A DNA stretch of 41,106 nt from Candidatus Amesbacteria bacterium (GCA_016219445.1 JACRNA010000019.1:1-41106), one strand, 5' to 3'; numbered from the stretch's first letter, positions 17,862 through 26,747 are shown. A program made the numbers and translations. The notes: generated from the sequence alone by a model not told the origin.

Positions 17862-18716
17862 ATGGCCACCAAGCGCGATTATTATGATATTTTAGGCGTT
17901 TCCAAAAACGCCTCTGCCACCGAACTAAAATCGGCCTACCGTAAAATGGCTCTGCAGTGGCACCCCGACCGCAACAAATCAGCCGAGGCTGAGACTAAAT
18001 TTAAGGAAATAAACGAGGCCTATCAGGTTTTGTCTGATGCTCAAAAAAAGCAAGCCTATGATCAGTTTGGTCACACACCATTCGATCCTTCGACAAGCTC
18101 AGGACAAGCTGGTCCTTTTGGCGGTGGACCATTTCAATATACATATAGTAGTAGTGGCGGAGGCGGAGACTTTGGTGGATTTTCCGATCCCTTTGAAATA
18201 TTTGAGCAATTTTTTGGTGGCAGTGGATTTGGACAAAGCCGCCGTGGTTCCAGAAAACCCCACTATTCGCTCCACATTCCTTTTCTAACTGCTGTCCGCG
18301 GAGGGGAAGAGGAAGTAGAAATAGAAGGGCGTAGGCACAAGATCAAAATTCCCGCCGGGACGGATACTGGAACTCACTTGCGGTTTTCAGAGTTTGATGT
18401 CACTTTCGAAGTTGCATCTGATCGGTATTTTAGGCGGGATGGGAGTGATGTCTATATCGAGCACCCCATTACCTTTACTCTGGCTATTTTGGGTGGAGAA
18501 ACGACAGTCAAGACATTGGACGATAATTTGAAGCTCAAAATTAGAGCCGGGACACAACCTGGCACTATGGTTCGGTTGTCTGGCCGGGGTATCCGCAATC
18601 TCCGGTCAATGTCCTCCTCCGACCGCGGAGACTTTTATATTAAGCTCTTAATCGAAATGCCAAGTAAATTGTCCAGAAAACAAAAACAATTGTTGGAAGA
18701 GTTTGAAAAATCCTAA
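17862..18716 (+). CDS. dnaJ: DnaJ-family co-chaperone lacking the Zn-finger region (class B / CbpA-like)
   Basis: J-domain DYYDILGV...WHPDRN...[10 protein letters not shown]-rich region and C-terminal domain; no CxxCxGxG repeats. Confidence 0.9.
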   Translation: MATKRDYYDILGVSKNASATELKSAYRKMALQWHPDRNKSAEAETKFKEINEAYQVLSDAQKKQAYDQFGHTPFDPSTSSGQAGPFGGGPFQYTYSSSGGGGDFGGFSDPFEIFEQFFGGSGFGQSRRGSRKPHYSLHIPFLTAVRGGEEEVEIEGRRHKIKIPAGTDTGTHLRFSEFDVTFEVASDRYFRRDGSDVYIEHPITFTLAILGGETTVKTLDDNLKLKIRAGTQPGTMVRLSGRGIRNLRSMSSSDRGDFYIKLLIEMPSKLSRKQKQLLEEFEKS

Positions 18717-18794
18717 ATTAAGAGGGGAGTTCGGAGGGGTGATATAAATCGTGGGTAGTACTTCAAGCTTAAATCTGGTAAAATACCCTTAATT

Positions 18795-19814
18795 ATGCAA
18801 AAACAGACCGCCAGAACCAGTGAATTTAATGCAGCACTAGCCCAAGTAGCCAGTGAACGCGGTCTTGACCCCGCAGTTGTCATGGAAACTATCAAGCAAG
18901 CAATACTTGCTGCTTTCAAAAAAGATCACCCAGATCAGTACAACGAAGAAGGTGAATACGACGTTACACTCGATATTATCTCTGGTGAAGTCCATATTTT
19001 TGAAATCAAAGGCAAGAAAAAAGCCGATATTACTCCCCCAGGTTTTGGCCGGATTGCAGCCCAGACTGCCAAGCAAGTAATTTTGCAAAGAGTCCGCGAA
19101 GCCGAAAAAACCAATATTTTAGGTGAATACGAAAAACGCATGAATACTCTGGTCAATGGCATGATTTTGCGTTTTGCAGGATCTGAGATTGTTGTGGATA
19201 TTGGTAAGACTGAGGCAATTATGCCGGTCTCCGAGCAGACTCCTTCGGAAAACTACCGGATAAACGCCAAAATGATGTTTTACATGGATTCTATACGCGA
19301 TGGATTTAAAGGCCGTGAAGTTATTGTTTCAAGAACCCACCCAAATCTAATTTCCGAGCTTTTCAAGCGCGAAGTACCCGAAGTAAATTCGGGCTCAGTT
19401 GTAATCAAGGCTGTCGCTCGCGACGCCGGAATCAGAACCAAGATTGCGGTTTGGTCAAACCAAAATGGAGTCGATCCGGTGGGTTCCTGTGTTGGCCAAA
19501 AAGGAGTCCGGGTTCAAGCTGTTATTTCCGAAGTTAATGGTGAAAAGATTGATATTGTTCCATTCTCAGAAAATGCCGAGCAATTTGTAGCCAATGCTCT
19601 GGCTCCAGCTGCAGGCTGTGTGGTCAAAATAGATACCAAGAAAGGTATTGCCGATGTCACAGTACCTGACGATCAATTGTCTCTGGCTATTGGTAGGGAT
19701 GGTCAAAATGCCAAACTTGCAGGTAAATTGACTGGATATCACATTAACGTAAAATCAGAAATTCAAAATTCTAATACTCAAATAAATTCTAAAGAAGAAA
19801 ATTCAAATGAATAA
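18795..19814 (+). CDS. nusA: Transcription termination/antitermination factor NusA
   Basis: FGRIAAQTAKQVI, EVPE, DPVGSCVG, EKIDIV, LSLAIGRDGQN. Confidence 0.98.
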   Translation: MQKQTARTSEFNAALAQVASERGLDPAVVMETIKQAILAAFKKDHPDQYNEEGEYDVTLDIISGEVHIFEIKGKKKADITPPGFGRIAAQTAKQVILQRVREAEKTNILGEYEKRMNTLVNGMILRFAGSEIVVDIGKTEAIMPVSEQTPSENYRINAKMMFYMDSIRDGFKGREVIVSRTHPNLISELFKREVPEVNSGSVVIKAVARDAGIRTKIAVWSNQNGVDPVGSCVGQKGVRVQAVISEVNGEKIDIVPFSENAEQFVANALAPAAGCVVKIDTKKGIADVTVPDDQLSLAIGRDGQNAKLAGKLTGYHINVKSEIQNSNTQINSKEENSNE

Positions 19815-19884
19815 ACATGGTTTGAAATTTAAGATTTGATTTTTGGAATTTATTTGGAGCTTGTTGTTTTGGATTTGAGATTTT
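19751..19884. repeat. Long imperfect inverted repeat built from heptamer-like units (MITE-like), overlapping the nusA 3' end
   Basis: Left arm AAAATCAGAAATTCAAAATTCTAATACTCAAATAAATTCTAAA versus reverse complement of right arm AAAATCTCAAATCCAAAACAACAAGCTCCAAATAAATTCCAAA. Confidence 0.7.
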
Positions 19885-19892
19885 GATAAATT

Positions 19893-21284
19893 ATGCTAAC
19901 AAATCGTCCGCCAATAGTAGTCATCTTGGGTCATGTCGATCATGGCAAGACTACCCTGTTGGATTTTTTGCGTAAATCCAATATTGCTTCAGGAGAAGTC
20001 GGAGGAATAACTCAGTCGACTAGAGCATTTCAAGTCGGTGGCTGTACTTTTATTGACACTCCGGGTCATGCCGCTTTTTCAAAAATGCGAATGCGTGGAA
20101 ACAATTTGGCTGATTTGGCAATTCTTATTGTGGCTGGTGACGATGGAGTCATGCCCCAGACCGCAGAAAGCGCCAAACTCTTACTGGCCAACAATACCCC
20201 ATTTATTGTTGCCATCAACAAGACCGATTTACCAGGGCTTAATATCCAAAAAATATATACTCAACTTTCGGAGATCGGGGTTTTGGTCGAAGGCTTTGGT
20301 GGGACAATCCCCGTCGTATCAATCTCAGCCAAGACTGGCACGGGTGTACCAGAGCTTTTGGACATGTTGAATTTAATTAGTGACATGAATCCACCCCAAG
20401 CTGATCCCGATGGAATTCTGGAAGCAGTGGTTCTGGAATCCAGACTCGATCCAAAACGCGGAGCCATGGCTATCGTCGTAATCAAAAACGGTACTCTTTC
20501 CAAGGGAACATCGCTTTTTACCAATCATGGGGTCGGCAAAATCAAGGCTATTTATGCGACTACGGGAGAATTGTTGGATTCTGCCAGTCCCTCAATACCT
20601 GTCGAAATTTTTGGACTATCTGAGGTTGTGGCTGTGGGAAAAATCATTAGTTCGCAACCGAGTAGTCAAACTGTCTTGGCTGATGTCCCAAAAAACAAAA
20701 ATATAAATGGGGTTGTCCGTGTGATTCTCAAAGCTGATGTATTAGGATCATTGGAAGCAATAATTGCCTCTCTCGATCCTCAAATTGAGGTTGCTTTGTC
20801 AGGGACGGGAGACATAAGTGAATCAGATATTTTGTCAGCCGCTCCCCAAAATATGCCTATTATTGGGTTTAATGTCCGCATATCCTCGTCCGCGGGAAAA
20901 CTTGCCGATACCGAAAAAGTAAAAATCAAAACTTTCGAAATTATTTACGAATTATTGGATTACTTGAAAGTACTAGTCCAAAAAACCCTGAATCCAAGAG
21001 CCCACGAAAAGATTTTGGGAGAGGCCGAAATTACCGCTGAATTTAATATGAATAGCGATCACATTGCTGGATGCAAGTGCCTGACTGGCCAGATAAACAA
21101 AACCAACCAATTACATTTGGTGCGAAATGGTGAAATTATCCAAGATATCAAGTTTAGGACCATGAAGTCAGGCAAATCTGATCTCAATTTAATCAAAGCA
21201 GACAATGAATTTGGTGCCGTTTTTTCAGGAGCAGTTGATTTTCGCATAAATGATCGTATAATCGCCTTTACCATCGATGATTAA
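19893..21284 (+). CDS. infB: Translation initiation factor IF-2 (no N-terminal domain)
   Basis: [43 protein letters not shown]. Confidence 0.97.
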   Translation: MLTNRPPIVVILGHVDHGKTTLLDFLRKSNIASGEVGGITQSTRAFQVGGCTFIDTPGHAAFSKMRMRGNNLADLAILIVAGDDGVMPQTAESAKLLLANNTPFIVAINKTDLPGLNIQKIYTQLSEIGVLVEGFGGTIPVVSISAKTGTGVPELLDMLNLISDMNPPQADPDGILEAVVLESRLDPKRGAMAIVVIKNGTLSKGTSLFTNHGVGKIKAIYATTGELLDSASPSIPVEIFGLSEVVAVGKIISSQPSSQTVLADVPKNKNINGVVRVILKADVLGSLEAIIASLDPQIEVALSGTGDISESDILSAAPQNMPIIGFNVRISSSAGKLADTEKVKIKTFEIIYELLDYLKVLVQKTLNPRAHEKILGEAEITAEFNMNSDHIAGCKCLTGQINKTNQLHLVRNGEIIQDIKFRTMKSGKSDLNLIKADNEFGAVFSGAVDFRINDRIIAFTIDD

Positions 21285-22038
21285 GATAGATTTTTCCCAA
21301 AGCACCAAGATTTCAATACTTCTGCCCGCCAATCCCTCTATCGATTTAGTCGCTTCGGCCTTGGCATTAAAATTGAGCTTAGAATTGGCAAATAAGCAGA
21401 TTACCGTTCACTGTCAGTCACCCATGACAGTAGACTTCAATAGATTGGTTGGCATAAATACTATTGGGGGTGCAATTGGGAACCGGAATCTAGTAATTAC
21501 TTTTCCGGGACAGACCGAGCTGGTAGACAAGGTCAGTTACAACATGGATACTGGCGAACTTCAATTGGTAGTTGTACCAAAACCCGATTGTGTAATCGAT
21601 CCCTCCAAATTAAAAATGGTCTCGGGAACGGTTGTTTCTGATCTCAATATTTTGATGGGAATTACGGATTTAAGTGAATTTTCCCAGACAGAGTCTCTTG
21701 TTAACCAAAAATTGGTTTACTTTAATAATTCATTAGACCCCATTGCCTCATGTCTCTCTGAAATTACAGCTGAACTGATCAAATCTCAAAATCTGGTTAT
21801 TAATTCCGATATTGCTACCAACTTGATGCAAGGAATGACCAAAGCCACAAATGGTTTTACCTCAAATAAAGTTACCAAAAAAACTTTTGACCTTGCCTCA
21901 TGGCTCATGGAAAACGGTTCCCGTCACCAGGATGAAATCCAAGCCTCCTCTTTTCCTGAGGGATCTATTCCTGCTGCTGCCAATCCGGATCCCGACTGGT
22001 ACGAACCAAAAATCTATAGGGGGACTAGTAGTTCATAA
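21277..22038 (+). CDS. Degenerate DHH/NrnA-like protein
   Basis: ILLPANPSIDLVASALAL and SCLSEI...IATNLMQG...TNGF...TF resemble the NrnA scaffold; no DHH tripeptide; position after infB is where nrnA often sits. Confidence 0.6.
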   Translation: MIKIDFSQSTKISILLPANPSIDLVASALALKLSLELANKQITVHCQSPMTVDFNRLVGINTIGGAIGNRNLVITFPGQTELVDKVSYNMDTGELQLVVVPKPDCVIDPSKLKMVSGTVVSDLNILMGITDLSEFSQTESLVNQKLVYFNNSLDPIASCLSEITAELIKSQNLVINSDIATNLMQGMTKATNGFTSNKVTKKTFDLASWLMENGSRHQDEIQASSFPEGSIPAAANPDPDWYEPKIYRGTSSS

Positions 22039-22045
22039 AAATAAA

Positions 22046-22092
22046 TGATATAATAAGTTTATTCTCAAGAGTTTTGACTTCAAATCTCCTGA
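22046..22092 (+). promoter_or_regulatory. rpsO extended -10 (TG-A-TATAAT) and 5' leader hairpin
   Basis: TATAAT 22049-22054; imperfect stem TCAAGAGTTTTGA-CT-TCAAATCTCCTGA 22065-22092. Confidence 0.5.
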
Positions 22093-22099
22093 AATTTTT

Positions 22100-22369
22100 A
22101 TGGCACTCGCTCTCGACGACAAAAAGACAATTATCAAAAAATTTGCTCAAGGCAAGGGCGATACTGGTTCTCCCGAAGTCCAAATAGCACTTCTGTCTGA
22201 AAAAATTGTCAAGCTTACCGATCACTTGAAAGAGCACAAAAAAGATGTCCATTCCAGAAGAGGCTTATTGGGTATGGTCAACAAAAGACGTAGACTCTTA
22301 TCTTACTTAATGAAAAAAGATCTCAAAAGATACCAAGATATCATAAAGAAACTTGGGCTTTCAAAATAA
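22100..22369 (+). CDS. rpsO: 30S ribosomal protein S15
   Basis: [24 protein letters not shown]...RRRLLSYL. Confidence 0.98.
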   Translation: MALALDDKKTIIKKFAQGKGDTGSPEVQIALLSEKIVKLTDHLKEHKKDVHSRRGLLGMVNKRRRLLSYLMKKDLKRYQDIIKKLGLSK

Positions 22370-24543
22370 TGACTAAGAAATCACTTACGATTGCTTCTTC
22401 TGAACTTAGTTTCGAGACAGGAAAACTGGCAGGTCAAGCAACCGCATCGGTAGTCGCCCGTTATGGTGATTCAGTAGTCCTTGCTACTGTGACCGTCGGA
22501 CGAGAAGATAAAACCAAAGATTATTTTCCACTCTCGGTTGAATATCAAGAAAGATTATATGCTGGTGGCCGGATTAAGGGTTCTAGGTGGCTTAAGCGTG
22601 AACGTAATACCGATGAGGAAACATTGTCAGCAAGACTTATTGACAGATCAATTAGACCCCTCTTCCCCAAAGAATTCAAAAACGAAGTCCAAGTAATTGT
22701 CATGGTCTTGGCTACAGATACTATTCATGACACCGATATTTTGGCTATCAACGCAGCCTCAGCAGCACTTGCCATTTCCCCATTGCCTTGGGCAGGGCCC
22801 GTGGGAGCCACCAGAATTGGACTCGAAAATGGTCAATTGGTCGTCAATCCCCAAAATGGTAATCGTGAAGGTGTGGATCTGGATTTAGTGGTCACCTGTA
22901 CCGACACCGTTACTCCCATGATCGAAGCGGGAGCCAACCAGATTCCAGAGGCTCAAATGATGGAAGCAGTCAAATTGGCCTTTGAAAATAACCAAAAGAT
23001 AGTCGCCAGTATTCAGGAGCTAGTCAAGGAAGCCGGGAAAGAAAAAATTATTATCAAAACAAAAGTTAATACTGAATTGGTATCTCAAGTACAAAAAACA
23101 ATCGGAGATAAATTTAATGAAGTCGTCGAATATAGCTCAAAACAAGAAGGCGGTGCCGCTCTAGAAGCACTAAAGACGTCAGTACTCGAGGGATTTGAAC
23201 CAAAAGATAAATTAGAAGTTGTAGGAATAATTGAAGAACTGTTGGGAACATTTATTAGAAATAATATTCTTAAAAAGAGTATTCGCCCCGATGGACGCAA
23301 GCTCGATGAAATAAGACCATTGTATTGTGAGGTGGGAGTATTGCCACGGGTTCATGGATCCGCCATTTTTCAAAGAGGCCAGACCCAAGCCCTAACTGTG
23401 ACTACTCTTGGCGCACCGTCACTTGGCCAAAGCTTGGAATCAGCGGAGGGAGAATCGGTCAAGCGCTACATGCATCACTACAATTTTCCGCCATTTTCGA
23501 CAGGTGAAACTGGCAAAGTCGGCTCTCCCAAGCGCCGGGAAATTGGCCATGGTGCTTTGGCTGAGCGAGGTTTAGCCCCGGTTATTCCGGCCGAATCGGT
23601 ATTTCCTTATGCCATCAGAGTCGTTTCAGAAATTATGAGTTCAAATGGATCATCCAGTATGGCCTCCACTTGCGGGTCAACTTTATCTCTTATGGATGCT
23701 GGCGTTCCTCTGATTGCTCCTGTAGCTGGAATTTCGATTGGTCTTGTCGACGATGTTTTATTGACAGATATTATCGGACTGGAAGACCATTATGGAGACA
23801 TGGATTTCAAAGTGGCGGGAACCGAGACTGGTATCACCGCCATTCAGCTGGACACCAAAGTCCCAGGGCTGACATTGGCAATTTGCGAAGAAGTCTTTGC
23901 CAGAGCCAGGACCGCCCGAATGCAAATCATGGAAAAAATGCTGGCAACCTTACCTAAATATCGCGATACTCTGTCTCAGTTTGCACCCAAAATTTCCACA
24001 GTCCAAATTCCAGTCGAAAAGATTGGTGAATTAATCGGACCTGGAGGCAAAAATATCAAGAAACTCATGGCCGATAACGAAGTTCAGATCGATGTCGATG
24101 ACAATGGCTCGGTCTTTGTGACCGGTGTTGATACTGATAGTACAAACAAGGTTTTAGAATACCTCAAGTCAATGGGTCGGGAGATTGCCATTGGTGAAAT
24201 ATTTGAAGGTGTAGTTATGAACTTGGCAGCTTTCGGAGCATTTGTAAATATATTGCCCGGCAAAGATGGTTTGGTTCACGTCTCCCGCATGAGTACCGAA
24301 TATGTGGGCGATCCAGCGACAGTCGTGTCTGTCGGTCAAAATGTCAAAGTTTGGGTAACCGAAGTTACCCCCGAGGGCAAAATTGGATTATCCATGCTCT
24401 TTGATGAAAATGGCAATCCGGCAGAAAAAGCGGTCGAGCCTCGGCAAGACCGACCTATGGGATCCCGTCCCTATAGACCCAGTGACAGAAGTGCTGCTAA
24501 TCGTGGCCACGACCGCTTCAATGCACCGCGAAGAAGATATTAA
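22369..24543 (+). CDS. pnp: Polyribonucleotide nucleotidyltransferase (PNPase)
   Basis: YFPLSVEYQE, ARLIDRSIRPLFP, RREIGHG, SNGSSSMAS, GDMDFKVAG, KH and S1 domains. Confidence 0.98.
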   Translation: MTKKSLTIASSELSFETGKLAGQATASVVARYGDSVVLATVTVGREDKTKDYFPLSVEYQERLYAGGRIKGSRWLKRERNTDEETLSARLIDRSIRPLFPKEFKNEVQVIVMVLATDTIHDTDILAINAASAALAISPLPWAGPVGATRIGLENGQLVVNPQNGNREGVDLDLVVTCTDTVTPMIEAGANQIPEAQMMEAVKLAFENNQKIVASIQELVKEAGKEKIIIKTKVNTELVSQVQKTIGDKFNEVVEYSSKQEGGAALEALKTSVLEGFEPKDKLEVVGIIEELLGTFIRNNILKKSIRPDGRKLDEIRPLYCEVGVLPRVHGSAIFQRGQTQALTVTTLGAPSLGQSLESAEGESVKRYMHHYNFPPFSTGETGKVGSPKRREIGHGALAERGLAPVIPAESVFPYAIRVVSEIMSSNGSSSMASTCGSTLSLMDAGVPLIAPVAGISIGLVDDVLLTDIIGLEDHYGDMDFKVAGTETGITAIQLDTKVPGLTLAICEEVFARARTARMQIMEKMLATLPKYRDTLSQFAPKISTVQIPVEKIGELIGPGGKNIKKLMADNEVQIDVDDNGSVFVTGVDTDSTNKVLEYLKSMGREIAIGEIFEGVVMNLAAFGAFVNILPGKDGLVHVSRMSTEYVGDPATVVSVGQNVKVWVTEVTPEGKIGLSMLFDENGNPAEKAVEPRQDRPMGSRPYRPSDRSAANRGHDRFNAPRRRY

Positions 24544-24564
24544 CGGTTACAGACAGTAGATATT

Positions 24565-24782
24565 TTAAATCCAGCTTTTTTGGGATTTGGCTATTTCGGA
24601 GGCCGCTTTCATGGCCTCTTTGCCACTTCCGGATTCACTGCGGTAAGCGGCAAATCCTTCTCTGACCATCGTCTCATTAATGAGTTTTCCGTCAACATAA
24701 ACGAGAGCCACGATCCGACCAAATTTGTCAACCACGGGTTCTTTAATTTGAACTTGTCGCTCGCCAGTCCTAACTTTTTCAT
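24565..24782 (-). pseudogene. Thermonuclease-family remnant (internal deletion and frameshift)
   Basis: One frame reads ...EPVVDKFGRIVALVYVDGKLINETMVREGFAAY...AASEIAKSQK (SNase C-terminal half) without a start; TG-A-TAAAAT-6 nt-ATG (24782, MKKLGL) lies in another frame. Confidence 0.7.
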
Positions 24783-24800
24783 TTTTTTATTTTATCATTT

Positions 24801-24836
24801 CCCAAATCTCCCCAATTACCCTAATCACCCTAATTA
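24801..24836 (+). repeat. Four degenerate tandem nonamers
   Basis: CCCAAATCT CCCCAATTA CCCTAATCA CCCTAATTA, ending 1 nt before palindrome A copy 1. Confidence 0.75.
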
Positions 24837-24837
24837 C

Positions 24838-24865
24838 TTTGCAAGAGGTCCTCTTGCAAATGGCT
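24838..24865. repeat. REP-like palindrome family A, copy 1
   Basis: TTTGCAAGAGG-T-CCTCTTGCAAA followed by TGGCT; perfect 11-bp arms. Confidence 0.92.
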
Positions 24866-24910
24866 GTGTTACGTCATTTATTGTAAATATAGTATTGTGG
24901 AAAGAAAATA

Positions 24911-24933
24911 TGTTCCACCTAAGAGGTGGAACA
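24911..24933. repeat. Palindrome C: TGTTCCACCT-AAG-AGGTGGAACA
   Basis: Perfect 10-bp arms, 23 nt in total, single copy in the window. Confidence 0.75.
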
Positions 24934-24982
24934 ATAAGAGCTTGCAAGTGGGTATTACACCATATAAAATAAAAAATATAAT

Positions 24983-25351
24983 ATGACAAATATTGAAAAA
25001 TTGGAAAAAGAAATAGAGTTATTGAAGCTTCGTAACCTACGGATTGAGAAGGACAAACTTTGGGAGACAAGTTATACCCGCCGATTATTGATCGCAGTCT
25101 TTACTTTCTTGTCTATTGGAATATACATGTGGGCAATTGGTATTGACCGCCCGTGGCTCAATGCCATCGTCCCCACTGTCGGATTTACTTTGTCTACATT
25201 GAGCTTACCTTGGTTTAAGGAACTTTGGCATAGAATGCGTCTTTGGTTTAAAGATAGAGAAATTATGGAAGCTATTAGAATCGGTGAAGAAGAAGAAAAG
25301 GCAGGAAAATTAAAAACATTGTCCAAAGATTTACATGAATTATTGGAATAA
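24983..25351 (+). CDS. Small two-TM membrane protein with a charged antitoxin-like tail
   Basis: RNLRIEKDKLWETS...TM...PWLNAIVP...LSTLSLP, then EIMEAIRIGEEEEKAGKLKTL; promoter TTGCAA(24942)-17-TAAAAT(24965). Confidence 0.75.
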   Translation: MTNIEKLEKEIELLKLRNLRIEKDKLWETSYTRRLLIAVFTFLSIGIYMWAIGIDRPWLNAIVPTVGFTLSTLSLPWFKELWHRMRLWFKDREIMEAIRIGEEEEKAGKLKTLSKDLHELLE

Positions 25352-25370
25352 ATTAGTGTAAACTAATATA

Positions 25371-26405
25371 GTGAACAAAGATATTCAAAAATTAAACGAG
25401 AAGATTACGGCTGTCCATCTGCCCGGAGATTTGACAGACAAATTGAATCAGATCATTGCCAGACTCGAAAAAATCTCTGAAAGTGTCAACTTCTTGGCAG
25501 AATACGATCACGCTGCCAGATATATCGATTGGATCGTATCTCTACCCTGGGACAAAAAAACTGATGATATCTTGGATCTCGGACATGCCCGGCAAATCTT
25601 GGATCAACATCATTATGGCCTAGGAGAGCTGAAAGACCGGATATTGGAATATTTGTCGGTCATGATGCTCAACCAGAGAAAGCCCGAGGCCAATTTTCGA
25701 GCTCCTATTTTACTTTTGGTTGGTTTGGTTGGTACCGGCAAGACTACAATTGCCAAAAGTATTGCAGAGGCTTTGGGCAGGAAATTTGTGCGTATTCCTT
25801 TTGGCGGTATGGGGTCTGCCCTAGATCTGCGTGGTCAATCGCGCGTTCACCCCGATGCCGAGCCAGGTCAAATTATCAAGGCTCTGCGAAATTCCGGCAG
25901 TAATAATTGCGTCATATTGTTGGATGAAATAGACCGCGTAGCCGAGAGTACCCGCTCGGACATTATGGGCGTTCTGGTCGAGCTACTGGATCCCGGGCAA
26001 AACATGAATTTTACCGATCACTACCTCGATTTTCCCTTTGATCTTTCGACTGTCATGTTTATTGCTACTTGTAATAATACCACCAATATTAGTACTGCCG
26101 TCATGGATCGGCTCGAGCCGATAGTCATGCCAAGTTACACCGACGAAGAAAAGACCACTATCGCCCGCGATTATATCTTACCCAAAGAATTGAAAGTTTC
26201 AGGTCTTCCAATTGGGGCTATCAAATTTGACGAAGCTGTCTGGCCAAAGCTCGTTCGTCCACTGGGCTTTGATGGTGGTATCCGGACGCTCGAGCGCACA
26301 ATTCAGGGAGTGGTACGCAAAATTGCCAGGCTCTATGTCGAAGGCAAGGCCAAATCTTTCTATATCACTCTAGACAATCTCAAACAATATTTGCCAACAT
26401 ATTGA
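25371..26405 (+). CDS. Lon-like AAA+ module without N-domain or protease domain
   Basis: YIDWIVSLPW, LDQHHYGL...KDRILEYL, GLVGTGKT, LLDEID, LLDPGQN.NFTDHY, DRLE, GIRTLER; ends after the AAA lid; GTG start 6 nt after TAAACT. Confidence 0.88.
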   Translation: MNKDIQKLNEKITAVHLPGDLTDKLNQIIARLEKISESVNFLAEYDHAARYIDWIVSLPWDKKTDDILDLGHARQILDQHHYGLGELKDRILEYLSVMMLNQRKPEANFRAPILLLVGLVGTGKTTIAKSIAEALGRKFVRIPFGGMGSALDLRGQSRVHPDAEPGQIIKALRNSGSNNCVILLDEIDRVAESTRSDIMGVLVELLDPGQNMNFTDHYLDFPFDLSTVMFIATCNNTTNISTAVMDRLEPIVMPSYTDEEKTTIARDYILPKELKVSGLPIGAIKFDEAVWPKLVRPLGFDGGIRTLERTIQGVVRKIARLYVEGKAKSFYITLDNLKQYLPTY

Positions 26406-26439
26406 CAGTGTGTATAAAGTATGTTAGAATGTGTATAAA
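26402..26439 (+). promoter_or_regulatory. vapBC promoter TTGACA-17 bp-TAGAAT with GTGTATAAA direct repeats
   Basis: TTGACA 26402-26407, TAGAAT 26425-26430; GTGTATAAA at 26410 and 26431 (21 bp apart). Confidence 0.75.
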
Positions 26440-26747
26440 TGCAAACAGCCACACGGATAAACATTACTTTATCTCCTCACATTTTAGCGCAAATGAACGC
26501 CATATTGCCTTTTGGTCAAAGAAGCAGCTTTATTGAAAAAGCCGTAGGAGAAAAGTTAAAAAAAATTCACCATAAAAAGAAAATGACTTACGCTGAAGCC
26601 CTAAATATGTTTACTACAAAGTTAAAAGTCAAAAGTAGACCTGGGTGGGAAAATATAGAAAATATTGTAACATGGGTAAACGAAGGTCGTACTGCTGCCA
26701 ATCGCGATTATTCCTATATTCCCTATGCCAAAACTAAGGATAAATAG
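26439..26747 (+). CDS. Ribbon-helix-helix antitoxin (VapB-like)
   Basis: RINITLS...QRSSFIEKAV RHH pattern; overlaps a PIN-domain gene. Confidence 0.8.
   Translation: MQTATRINITLSPHILAQMNAILPFGQRSSFIEKAVGEKLKKIHHKKKMTYAEALNMFTTKLKVKSRPGWENIENIVTWVNEGRTAANRDYSYIPYAKTKDK

Noticed and set aside
18712-18738. CCTAAATTAAGAGGGGAGTTCGGAGGGG after dnaJ as a repeat remnant or terminator
   Set aside because: Single copy with no complementary arm or U-tract; cannot be supported from this window.
24580-25070. Track ORFs 24580..24972 (+) and 24834..25070 (-)
   Set aside because: They are the antisense of the nuclease remnant and translations of repeats, with no protein-like signal.
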